This document shows, piece by piece, positions 19,303 to 28,545 of a stretch of DNA of 64,000 nucleotides (position 1 is the stretch's first letter; each line of letters opens with the position of its first letter). The notes beneath the pieces were generated by a model. That model did not search any database. It had not been told where the DNA came from and was given only the letters and a program-made list of their open reading frames with translations. Made by a program: the position numbers and the translations under genes. This stretch comes from a virus. Lineage: Duplodnaviria; Caudoviricetes. Location of the stretch: IMG/VR virus record IMGVR_UViG_3300032320_001447, positions 32,001-96,000 of that record; one strand, written 5' to 3'.

Positions 19303-19974
19303 TTATATTCCGAAGCGTCCTCGTGTTGCATTAAAGTTTTGTAGTAATTCATCATTAGATAATCGTCTATTGTAAATATATACAGCATATATTCTTCCTT
19401 TATATAATCTTCCATTAAAAGTCTGAGATAAAGTGGATACAGACATCCCTCCACTTAAAGCACCAAGATAAAAGTCTTGCGTTAGTGTTCTTCCTTCAGG
19501 TACTATAAAATACCCTGAGGCATTAGTTGATAAGTTAGATTGACCATTTATCATAAAAGAAGATACATAATTTAGTTGAAAGTCATTAGAATTAGGAGCA
19601 TTAGGTGCTGCGGCTCTAAAAGTTCCACCTTCTGTTCTTAGAGAACTATCTCCAGTAACTGAGTTACAAACTAAACCTGCTAAGCCTACAATGGTAGGAT
19701 CAAACCTACCCCAAAAGCATATAGTTTGTGCTGTTACAGAGGAAAATGTAGCATAATCATTAGTACCATCAAATACAATACTCCCTCCATTATCAGAATT
19801 AAATGTAGGTCCATTTATCAATGTTCCATTATTATTATTCCCACTCATATCCTTCCACACCCCGGCATCCACTAAATCATTATATGAATTCTTAGCTGAT
19901 GCATCTAAGTACAATACTAAACTACTGTCCTTTATTATATTTGGTCCTCGCCATGTTCCACTTACTGTACTCAT
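19303..19974 (-). CDS. LamG / concanavalin A-like lectin domain protein (divergent core)
   Basis: LVLYLDAS...W.DMSGNNNNGTLINGPTFNS.NGGSIVFDGTND...YNRRLS..ELLQNFNATRGRFGI. Confidence 0.8.
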   Translation of the reverse strand: MSTVSGTWRGPNIIKDSSLVLYLDASAKNSYNDLVDAGVWKDMSGNNNNGTLINGPTFNSDNGGSIVFDGTNDYATFSSVTAQTICFWGRFDPTIVGLAGLVCNSVTGDSSLRTEGGTFRAAAPNAPNSNDFQLNYVSSFMINGQSNLSTNASGYFIVPEGRTLTQDFYLGALSGGMSVSTLSQTFNGRLYKGRIYAVYIYNRRLSNDELLQNFNATRGRFGI

Positions 19975-20657
19975 AGTCCAAATCTTGATTTTAGGGCGTT
20001 ATAGTTTTGGAGAACTTCGGTTGCGGTGAGGGCGCGGTTGTATATTTGGGTAGTTGCAATATTTCCTGGGAAATAAAATCCTAGACTTGATCCAAATGTT
20101 CCTATCATTAAGTTTCCTCCAGCTTGTGTAACAGTTGCTGGTATAGAAGTTGTAGAATTTTGTAAAATACCATTTAAATATATTAATGTAGAATTTAAGG
20201 ACTTATTATAAACACATATTCCTTGCCTCCAGATCCCATCATTAACTGTAATTGGAGTAGCAATATCAATTTTAGAAGGTGATCCAAAAGAAAAATTAAG
20301 TCTATTAGAGGAATCTAAACCAATCCACCAGTCAGCACCAGACCCATTATACATCCCCATCATTACTTTAACAATTCCTGTAGAAGTGGTATTAAAAAAA
20401 TAGCTTATTGTAAAAGAATCTGTAAAAGTTAATGGATTTCCACAATTAGTATACTGATTTGTTCCATTAAATGTAATACTACCGCCATTAGTTGTACTAA
20501 ATGTAGGACTATTAATTAAAGAACCACTATTATTATTCCCACTAATATCATTCCATACAGTTCCACTACCAGCATAAGAATCTTTCTTAGCCGCGTCCAA
20601 ATTTAGTACTAATCCGTCTTTGACTATACCTCCGTAATATGATATTCTTCCTGCCAT
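19971..20657 (-). CDS. LamG / concanavalin A-like lectin domain protein
   Basis: Conserved family termini. Confidence 0.85.
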   Translation of the reverse strand: MAGRISYYGGIVKDGLVLNLDAAKKDSYAGSGTVWNDISGNNNSGSLINSPTFSTTNGGSITFNGTNQYTNCGNPLTFTDSFTISYFFNTTSTGIVKVMMGMYNGSGADWWIGLDSSNRLNFSFGSPSKIDIATPITVNDGIWRQGICVYNKSLNSTLIYLNGILQNSTTSIPATVTQAGGNLMIGTFGSSLGFYFPGNIATTQIYNRALTATEVLQNYNALKSRFGL

Positions 20658-21373
20658 TATATTAAGCCGAAGCGTGTTTTTGTTGCGTTATAATTTTGTA
20701 GGATTTCTGTTGCCGTAAGTGCTCTGTTGTATATTTGAACATTAGAAATATTGGAATTGATGGAGGTAGATGGTTTGCTAAATGGTCTACATCCAACTAC
20801 TAAACTATTCATACCTATAGTACTAGTGGTATTATTTAATCTATTTGTACCTAATTGAGGATTTCCATTTAAATAAAATTGAATATACGTTGATGATATG
20901 CTAAAACATATATTAGCCCATGTTCCAAAAGGTACATTTGAAGTCATAAAATTAAATCCCCCTGAAATTGTTAATATTCCTCCTTCAAAACTACATTTTG
21001 AAAAATTTAAAGTTGCATCTGCCTGCATATCGATATTAAAGCCAGAATTATAATCATTTCCGCTTGCTCCTACTGCTCCTATAAATGCTTTGTAACCTCC
21101 TGAATTTGATAAAACTTTAACAGTCATTTGAACTGTCATATCATTTAAAGTGGTTAAATTTCCAAATTGACAAAAGTCATTAGTTCCATCAAATACAATA
21201 CTCCCACCATTAGCAGAATTAAATGTAGGTCCGTTAGTTAAAGTTCCATTATTTCCTCCTCTACTTAAATCATTCCACGCAGTTCCACTACCAGGATACG
21301 ACCTAGAATTAGCCGCATCCAAGTACAGTACTAAACCGTCTGTTACTATTTTAGGTGAATAGTTAAATCCCAT
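20657..21373 (-). CDS. LamG / concanavalin A-like lectin domain protein
   Basis: Conserved family termini. Confidence 0.85.
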   Translation of the reverse strand: MGFNYSPKIVTDGLVLYLDAANSRSYPGSGTAWNDLSRGGNNGTLTNGPTFNSANGGSIVFDGTNDFCQFGNLTTLNDMTVQMTVKVLSNSGGYKAFIGAVGASGNDYNSGFNIDMQADATLNFSKCSFEGGILTISGGFNFMTSNVPFGTWANICFSISSTYIQFYLNGNPQLGTNRLNNTTSTIGMNSLVVGCRPFSKPSTSINSNISNVQIYNRALTATEILQNYNATKTRFGLI

Positions 21374-21377
21374 AACG

Positions 21378-24300
21378 TTATATTGATCTTATGATTGCTT
21401 TTACTGTCCATCCACTACCTGTAGTTACAGATCCTGTTACTACCATATTACCGCCTGATATTGATGCGGCCAAAGTTAATAATGAAGTATTTCCAAAGTC
21501 TGTTGTTGAGTTGTCCATATAGTTCACGCTCGATCCTGACCAAATAGCTGCAAATACACCTGCTCTAGCGCTCGAGCCTGATTTTGCTGTGTAGTCTACA
21601 AACACGCCATCGTAAGATGCTGTTGGTACTGCGTATATTACAAAGCTACCGCTATTAGTAGTTGTAATTTTGTTTGTTGTATTTAATGCTGGTGCTAAGT
21701 AATTGCCTACTAGTGTTGTATTGTCTGAGAATACTTCTAGTATTGGTAAACCTGATAAATCGTTTACGCTGAATAGAGATCCTGATAAACTATCTGTTAC
21801 TGAGAACAACTCACCTTGTGAACCTTGAACTGTAAATATTGGTTGCGCTGAACCTGAACCTACAACAACTAATCTTTGCGTTCCTGAGCCTGAGATTAAA
21901 ATTGCAGAGCCTGTGATAGTGCCTGTTGCGTTTAGAGAACCAGTTATTATTGCGTTTCCTCTTAAAGTTAAACTACCGGTGATGTTAACAGAGCCGGTCA
22001 TCGTTTGTCTGTCTGTTAATTGACTTCCGAAGATGTTAGAACCAGAACTATAAATAATAGAGCTTGTAATGGTTTGTACTACTAGAGTTTGCGCAGTTAG
22101 AGTTCCAGTTGTGGTGATATTCCCAGTAGAAGTAATACTGCCGGTTACTCCTAAGCTACCCGTAATTTGAGCTGATCCTGTAAAAGGAAATCCAATTCCA
22201 GATGCTCCTCCTAATAAGAAAGAGGCAGTTAATGCATACGAAGAACTTATAGCAGAAGATGCTGTGAATGCATAAGAACTAGAAACAGCATTTAATACGT
22301 AGCTTGCAGAAACGGCTTGTGATGCAGTTCCTATTAAAGATCCACTTAATACGCCTTGATAAGAACCTGAGAAAGATCCACTAAATGTGCCCGTTCCTGA
22401 TAATGCGAATGATGCAGTTATAGCAGTGTTTGCGATAACAGCACTAGTAACTACTGAGGAAGAGTAACCTCCTTTAGAAGCAACCGCAATACCAGTAGTT
22501 GGACTAGAGAAGTAAATTAACGCAGAAGCCGTATCAACCGCTTGTATTCTTTGAGGAACAATAACGCTATTCGTATTATCGTAGATCGTAAATACTGGAT
22601 ATTGTGTTTGTAAGAAGTGATTAAAAGACCAAGTAAATGCAGCCGAGGCCGTTTGATATAGTATAGCGCTTGCATCTCCGCCTAAAGCATAAGAAGCCGT
22701 TAAAGCTTGAGATGCCGTTCCGAATAGAGAGCCTGTAAGATTAGTAGCAGTTACGCGTCCAATAATAGTTGCGGAACCAGAAACGTTCAAGCTACCGGTC
22801 ATCGTTTGTGTGTTCGCTGTGCTATTACCGAATATGTTACTACCCGAACTGTATACTACAGATGAGCTAATTGTGCTTACTATTAAAGTTTGGGCAGTTA
22901 AAGTACCGGTGGTAGTAATGTTTCCTGTAGAATTGATACTGCCAGTTACTCCTAATGATCCTGTAATTTGAGTAGAACCTGATACTGTTAAATTTCCTGA
23001 TCCGTTTGTTTGAACTCTTCCGTTATCAAATGAAACTCTTCCTCTTGTTGCGATAGCATTACCCGCTCCTCCCATTTTTAAATCGTAAGCAACACCTCCA
23101 AAAGGATCTACGTAAGATCCATTCGCAATATTCACTTCACCATTAACTGCTAATGCTGCGCCGAATGCAGATCCTGTCGTAATATCAACGGTATAAGTAG
23201 TAGCTGTAAAACCGCTGCCTCCATTAATTAATAAGGCTTTGGTAGAATCATTAATGTTTAATCTTCCAAACATCGTTGTTGAACCAGTTATACTCGTAGA
23301 ACCAGTTACTCCAAGACTTCCAGTAATTTGAGCTGAACCCGTAAAAGGAAATGGAGAAACATATCCAAGTAAAAAAGAAGCCGTTAATGCGTAAGACGAA
23401 CTTATAGCAGAACTAGCTGTAAATGCATAAGACGCTGATGTAGCTATTAAAGAAGCGGACGCTCTAACAGCACTAGACGCTGTAAAAGCAAAACTAGCGC
23501 TAACAGCTTGGAATGCATTAGTTGCGCTAGATGCGGTGTAAGCGTAAGATGCAGAAGTAACCGATCCAGTTATGAAGTTAGTTGCCCAACTAGCAGTGCC
23601 AAATAAAGAGCCAGTTAAATCGTTGATAGTGCCTCTACCGACTAATGATAAACTTCCAGAAATATTTACAGATCCAGTAAATGTTTGAGTGTTCGCTGTG
23701 CTATTACCAAAAATATTCGACCCTGAACTAAACACAACCGAAGAACTAATGGTAGTTACTACTAACGTTTGAGCAGTTAAAGTACCGTTAATTAATGCAG
23801 CTGATGCTGTTATTGCGCCTAAAATATTTTGACTTCCAGTGAATATATTAGAACCGGTAGTTGCGTAAGTGCGTTCAATTTGAGTAACACGAGTTGAGAA
23901 AGATCCTGATGCTGCTACTAAATTTGACGAAGTAATCTCAGTATTAGTTGTTCTAGTAGAGAAAGATCCTGAAGCAGTCTCTAAGTTAGTAAGTCTAGTT
24001 GAAATAGAACCAGATCCTAAATAATTAACTGCAAATGATGCGCTTATAGCTGAGCTAGCAGTAAATGCGTAAGAAGCAGATGTGGCTTGAGATGCGCTAG
24101 TTGCAGTTTGCGCATTACCAATTAAATTAGCGGTTAGTGTAGATTGATTCTCCCATTTAGCGGATGTGCTATTGTAAACTAAAGGTTGACCGTTTGTTGG
24201 ACCTGATATGTTTACGTCTGATAGACCTGCTAATGTTTGAGTTACTACCGATCCTCCGCCTCCTGATCCTCCTACTTGTCTAAATAGTCCTCCAGGCTGT

Positions 24301-26693
24301 ATTTTGTATGAATCTGGGTTTGTAAAATTTGCATTGTTTCTTACTACTATAGCGCCAAGATAAATTGCATTGGCCGCTGTATTTGGTGCCTCAACAAATG
24401 ATTCAAAAGCGATATTTGCAATAGCTTCTACTTCCGTAGCGTAAGTTGCATTACCATAATAAACAACTATAGCTTTTGCTACGGAATTTGGGAAATAAAA
24501 TACACGTTGAATAGAAAATTGTCTATTTGATCCTCCTCCTGGTACTGCTGTTAGTACGCCGTTGTTTGAATATTGTGTTGGGTCAATTGCTGTATAACCA
24601 GCACCTGCGTTTGTATCATATACCCAAGTAGAACCTGACTGTCTGTATCTGAATATTTTAGATACGTTAGTTCCACTATCAGTTGTGTAGGACGGATTAT
24701 TTGGATCTACTGAATAGTTAGAGCCAGGTGAGTAAGCAGTACCGCTTGCTACTACTAAACTACCGGTTGAAGATCCGCTTGGCGCTAAAGTATAGCCTGA
24801 TAATTTTAAAGGTCCAAATGCTCTATTAAATACGTTTTGTTGCTGTTCAAAACCGTATGCTACAGAAGGCTGTGTTTTGACGCCATTAATTGTAGATTGA
24901 TTTTGAAATAAGACTACACCTATATTAATTTCTGTATCATACTGACCTGCCGCATAAGGTGTGCCTTGTTGGTAAATATTACCAGTAGAATCAATGGATA
25001 CAAACGCTTGTTGATAAGACGCAGTTAATGGCGCAATACTTTGTGATAAGTTACCCCAATTTAAGTATTGTATAGTTGGGTACGGATTGTCATTTAAACT
25101 TGCATTTAAATCAACAATAATACCGCTACCGCTTGACACTTGGTAAACTGTAGAAGATTGGGAAGTAATTACGCCCCCATTTAATAGTCCAGTGTATAAG
25201 TTTCCTTCAAGCCATCTTAAACGAGTTACGTTATTATAGCCTTTACTGTTTTGACTAAAGTATAAATCTTGAGTAGATCCTGATACGAAAATGTAAGACG
25301 CAGATATACTAGTGTCTATATTAGTAGTAACTGGAAGATATCTGGTATAGCCTGTTTGATTAACGTCTCCAAATATATTAATTGTAGGAGAGACGCCTTG
25401 AGATCCTGATATTGTTAAACTTCCAGATAAACTAGTATTACCAAATAAATTATTTGTACCTACTTGAGTAGTAGATCCAGATACATTTAAGCTACCGGTT
25501 AAAGTAAGAGTTTGTCTTAATGGATTTACAAAAGATGCTGTCTGCGCGACTGATGCTGATGTAGCACTAGATGCAGTAAATGCATAAGATGCAGAAGTGG
25601 CTTGTGAAGAGGTTCCGAATAGAGAACCTGTAACTGAGCCTGATAAAGATCCAGTGATACTTCCAAGTACAGCTAAAGATCCTGTTATATTGTGAGAATC
25701 TGTTATTAAGTTACCTAGTTTCGTTCCTGTATTAGTGACTTGGAATTCTATTCCACTGCCTGTTACAATAGTGAAGCTACCAGATATAAGTACAGGTTGG
25801 ACTAAAGTATTAACAGATGAGGCAGTGGAAGCAAAAGAAGAGCTAATAGCAGAACTTGCTGTGAATGCGTAACTAGCAGAAGTAACCGATCCAGTTATGA
25901 AGTTAGTTGCCCAACTAGCAGTGCCAAATAAAGATCCGGTAAGATCGTTGATAGTGCCTCTACCATTTAATGTTAAACTTCCAGAAATATTTACAGATCC
26001 AGTAAAAGTTTGAGTATTTGCGGTGCTATTACCGAACACATTACTGCCAGAACTAAACACAACTGAAGAGCTAACCGTAGTTACTACTAACGTTTGAGCA
26101 GTTAAAGTACCATTAATCAATGCAGCTGACGCTGTTATTGCTCCTAAAATATTTTGACTTCCAGTGAATATATTCGAACCGGTAGTTGCATAAGTTCTTT
26201 CAATCTGTGTAACTCTTGTTGAGAAAGACCCTGATGCTGCAACTAGGTTAGAAGCAGTCGTTTCTGTGTTAGTTACTCTAGCTGATAACGAAGAGCTATC
26301 ACTTGTAATTCTTGTTGAGAAAGATGCGCTATCGTTGGTAATTCCAGTAGAAAAAGAAGCGCTAGCGGCAACTAAATTAGAAGAAGTAGCTTCTGTATTG
26401 GTTACACGAGTAGAGAACGAGCCAGACGCAGCTACTAAAAGTGAAGACGTGGCTTCTTCGTTAGTAAGTCTTGTAGATATAGAGCCTGAGCCTAGGTAAT
26501 TAACGGCGAATGATGCACTAATAGCTGAAGATGCAGTAAATGCGTAAGAAGAAGAAACTGCCTGACTCGCTGTGCCGAATAAAGAACCCGTAAAAGAGCC
26601 TTTAAAGCTACTAGCGCTGACGAACGTATCTATTGTTGCGGAGCTAAAACTGGCGTCAGATCCAGAAGCTACCACTTTTTTCCATGATGGCAT
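21378..26693 (-). CDS. giant Ser/Thr/Gly/Ala-rich fibre protein (1771 aa)
   Basis: Shares modules with 7670-13327 and 3206-5584; LAGLSDVNISGPTNGQPLVYN...KWEN fibre motif. Confidence 0.75.
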   Translation of the reverse strand: MPSWKKVVASGSDASFSSATIDTFVSASSFKGSFTGSLFGTASQAVSSSYAFTASSAISASFAVNYLGSGSISTRLTNEEATSSLLVAASGSFSTRVTNTEATSSNLVAASASFSTGITNDSASFSTRITSDSSSLSARVTNTETTASNLVAASGSFSTRVTQIERTYATTGSNIFTGSQNILGAITASAALINGTLTAQTLVVTTVSSSVVFSSGSNVFGNSTANTQTFTGSVNISGSLTLNGRGTINDLTGSLFGTASWATNFITGSVTSASYAFTASSAISSSFASTASSVNTLVQPVLISGSFTIVTGSGIEFQVTNTGTKLGNLITDSHNITGSLAVLGSITGSLSGSVTGSLFGTSSQATSASYAFTASSATSASVAQTASFVNPLRQTLTLTGSLNVSGSTTQVGTNNLFGNTSLSGSLTISGSQGVSPTINIFGDVNQTGYTRYLPVTTNIDTSISASYIFVSGSTQDLYFSQNSKGYNNVTRLRWLEGNLYTGLLNGGVITSQSSTVYQVSSGSGIIVDLNASLNDNPYPTIQYLNWGNLSQSIAPLTASYQQAFVSIDSTGNIYQQGTPYAAGQYDTEINIGVVLFQNQSTINGVKTQPSVAYGFEQQQNVFNRAFGPLKLSGYTLAPSGSSTGSLVVASGTAYSPGSNYSVDPNNPSYTTDSGTNVSKIFRYRQSGSTWVYDTNAGAGYTAIDPTQYSNNGVLTAVPGGGSNRQFSIQRVFYFPNSVAKAIVVYYGNATYATEVEAIANIAFESFVEAPNTAANAIYLGAIVVRNNANFTNPDSYKIQPGGLFRQVGGSGGGGSVVTQTLAGLSDVNISGPTNGQPLVYNSTSAKWENQSTLTANLIGNAQTATSASQATSASYAFTASSAISASFAVNYLGSGSISTRLTNLETASGSFSTRTTNTEITSSNLVAASGSFSTRVTQIERTYATTGSNIFTGSQNILGAITASAALINGTLTAQTLVVTTISSSVVFSSGSNIFGNSTANTQTFTGSVNISGSLSLVGRGTINDLTGSLFGTASWATNFITGSVTSASYAYTASSATNAFQAVSASFAFTASSAVRASASLIATSASYAFTASSAISSSYALTASFLLGYVSPFPFTGSAQITGSLGVTGSTSITGSTTMFGRLNINDSTKALLINGGSGFTATTYTVDITTGSAFGAALAVNGEVNIANGSYVDPFGGVAYDLKMGGAGNAIATRGRVSFDNGRVQTNGSGNLTVSGSTQITGSLGVTGSINSTGNITTTGTLTAQTLIVSTISSSVVYSSGSNIFGNSTANTQTMTGSLNVSGSATIIGRVTATNLTGSLFGTASQALTASYALGGDASAILYQTASAAFTWSFNHFLQTQYPVFTIYDNTNSVIVPQRIQAVDTASALIYFSSPTTGIAVASKGGYSSSVVTSAVIANTAITASFALSGTGTFSGSFSGSYQGVLSGSLIGTASQAVSASYVLNAVSSSYAFTASSAISSSYALTASFLLGGASGIGFPFTGSAQITGSLGVTGSITSTGNITTTGTLTAQTLVVQTITSSIIYSSGSNIFGSQLTDRQTMTGSVNITGSLTLRGNAIITGSLNATGTITGSAILISGSGTQRLVVVGSGSAQPIFTVQGSQGELFSVTDSLSGSLFSVNDLSGLPILEVFSDNTTLVGNYLAPALNTTNKITTTNSGSFVIYAVPTASYDGVFVDYTAKSGSSARAGVFAAIWSGSSVNYMDNSTTDFGNTSLLTLAASISGGNMVVTGSVTTGSGWTVKAIIRSI

Positions 26694-26708
26694 ATTTTCT
26701 TCTAATTA

Positions 26709-26755
26709 CGGTTGGTTACAGTTAATACTGCCCACTTCCACTTTCGTGGCCAATA
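26709..26755 (-). promoter_or_regulatory. candidate structured RNA leader (three-way junction with GAAA tetraloop)
   Basis: Sense sequence UUGG-CCAC-GAAA-GUGG-AAGUGGG-CAG-UAUUAA-CUG-UAA-CCAA in an about 100-nt leader. Confidence 0.5.
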
Positions 26756-26798
26756 AGTAGATTCTATTACTAGAAACTAATTAATAAGTTTGCTATAA

Positions 26799-26806
26799 AT
26801 AAATAT
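26799..26806 (-). promoter_or_regulatory. putative late promoter ATATTTAT
   Basis: Motif about 105 nt upstream of the start at 26693. Confidence 0.55.
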
Positions 26807-26810
26807 AGAC

Positions 26811-27032
26811 TTAATCTGATAATGTGGAATAGTACTCTTGAAGTTTGAGTACTAGGTTGTAAACGTACTCTACTTGATCGCCCTTAAAAGTTGAAACTTG
26901 AATCATACTAAGCATGGCCTCTATTTCAGGCCTGCTTAATTGTAATCCTAGGCTTTGATTAATATTCGCAATTTGTTGCACTGCGTTAGTACTTGTAGAT
27001 TTCCCGTTTTTAGTAGAGAATGAGAATCCCAT
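26811..27032 (-). CDS. hypothetical protein
   Basis: ORF; the ATG at 27032 avoids overlap with the upstream gene. Confidence 0.65.
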   Translation of the reverse strand: MGFSFSTKNGKSTSTNAVQQIANINQSLGLQLSRPEIEAMLSMIQVSTFKGDQVEYVYNLVLKLQEYYSTLSD

Positions 27033-27049
27033 AACTTTTAAAAATTTTA

Positions 27050-28024
27050 TTATGCCCAAATGAAAATGTCAGATGTAGTTGAGTTCACCCACATGTTACC
27101 CAATCCGTTTGTTGTACCACCCCAAGTTGGAGGAGTTGCGTTAGACGGGTTACCAGCGTTTATTTTTGTTGATACCATGTATTCGTCTGCCGCAACCGCA
27201 GAAGAGCTAGCGTGAACGTTGTAGGCTACCGCAAAACGACCGTAAACTCCTGCTGATGCTGCTTCAATGAAGAAAGCAGATCCTGATGCTCCACCTGCCG
27301 CTGTTGAACTTGCGACAATGAAACCACCGTCTGTCAATGAATTCGATCCAGAAGCCAATATAAGGAATTTATCGGCTATTAATACGTTTTCAGTATTTTG
27401 GAAGCTAGCTGTACCTGCAACTGTTAAGTCTCCAGTTACAACTAAGTTTTGATTGAATGTTGAGTTACCAGTTACATTAATACCTCCTGCTTGAACTGTT
27501 AAACCAGAAGTAGCTCCTGATCCAACGGTTACCAATGTACCGTTATCCGTAATGTTTGAGTTAGAAAAACCAGCGCCTGTCCACTTAGTAAGCAAATTCG
27601 TACTTAAAGCTGCGGCTCCTGAAACTGCTACCGTTGCTGAAGTACTACCTGAATATGTGAAAGGAACGATACCTGCGCCTTGACTTAAAGGAGACATACC
27701 TCCTATTATAGATCCAGAGAAAGATCCAGTAAAGCTACCGTTTAAATTAGCCGAGCCTGAAAAACTGCCTGTAAATTGACCTGATAAGTTTGCAGTTCCA
27801 AAGTGCGATCCTGAAAAACTTCCTGTAAAATCTCCGTAATGAGATCCAGAAAAACTACCAGTTAAAAAGGTTCCAGCTCTAGAGGAAGATATTTGTTGAG
27901 TTATGACTCCTGCTGCAGTGCTTACAGCAATAGAACCACTTACTCTTAAGGCGTTATCTATGTTAACATTCGCTAGTTCGGCTGAGGAACCACTAACAAT
28001 GACTTTTCTCCAACTTGCTGGCAT
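27050..28024 (-). CDS. SGS-rich virion fibre/structural protein
   Basis: N-terminus (SWRKVIVSGS.A) shared with the 1771-aa fibre; FTGSFSGS repeats; VTGDLTVAGT...IADKFLILASG fibre motif. Confidence 0.7.
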   Translation of the reverse strand: MPASWRKVIVSGSSAELANVNIDNALRVSGSIAVSTAAGVITQQISSSRAGTFLTGSFSGSHYGDFTGSFSGSHFGTANLSGQFTGSFSGSANLNGSFTGSFSGSIIGGMSPLSQGAGIVPFTYSGSTSATVAVSGAAALSTNLLTKWTGAGFSNSNITDNGTLVTVGSGATSGLTVQAGGINVTGNSTFNQNLVVTGDLTVAGTASFQNTENVLIADKFLILASGSNSLTDGGFIVASSTAAGGASGSAFFIEAASAGVYGRFAVAYNVHASSSAVAADEYMVSTKINAGNPSNATPPTWGGTTNGLGNMWVNSTTSDIFIWA

Positions 28025-28048
28025 ATGTTTATGTTTTTATATGTACTT

Positions 28049-28056
28049 ATAAATAT
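28049..28056 (-). promoter_or_regulatory. putative late promoter ATATTTAT
   Basis: Motif upstream of the start at 28024. Confidence 0.6.
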
Positions 28057-28063
28057 CGTAATG

Positions 28064-28543
28064 TTAACTAAAAGTAGTCTGATCCAATCCAATATACATA
28101 GATTGACTGGTAAAATACATACCGCCGTACTCCGCAATTGGAACGTAACCGCTTTCGAACACTTTATTTTCTACAACACCTTCATTGTTTATTTTGAAAA
28201 CATTTTTACTACCGCTTGTTATTAAGAAAAAGTGAGGAACAGATCCAGTGGCATTTATTGTAGCGCTTCCACTGTTACTTAAACTAAAAAGTGTGCTACT
28301 AGCCGAGATTATTATGAATGCTATAGAACCCACGTTGACGCTGGCAGATATACTTCCTGTGGCTATTCTCGAAAGGTTTAAATCAACGATATGGCTCGCA
28401 GAAATGTTAGTTAATCCGCTACCGTCTCCAAAAAAAGATCCGCTAAAAGAACCTGATCCTACACCAATAAAAGAACCACTAAGAGATCCAGTAAAGGAAC
28501 CCGATAAAGGAAATTTTAGCTGTTTATTATTAAATTGCGCCAT
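28064..28543 (-). CDS. SGS-rich virion structural protein
   Basis: SGSFTGSLSGSF...GDGSGLTNI motif; follows the neck genes. Confidence 0.65.
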   Translation of the reverse strand: MAQFNNKQLKFPLSGSFTGSLSGSFIGVGSGSFSGSFFGDGSGLTNISASHIVDLNLSRIATGSISASVNVGSIAFIIISASSTLFSLSNSGSATINATGSVPHFFLITSGSKNVFKINNEGVVENKVFESGYVPIAEYGGMYFTSQSMYIGLDQTTFS

Positions 28544-28545
28544 TA

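Noticed and set aside
5641-21373. Diversity-generating retroelement acting on LamG or fibre genes
   Set aside because: No reverse transcriptase in the window, and repeat differences are not adenine-specific TR/VR pairs.
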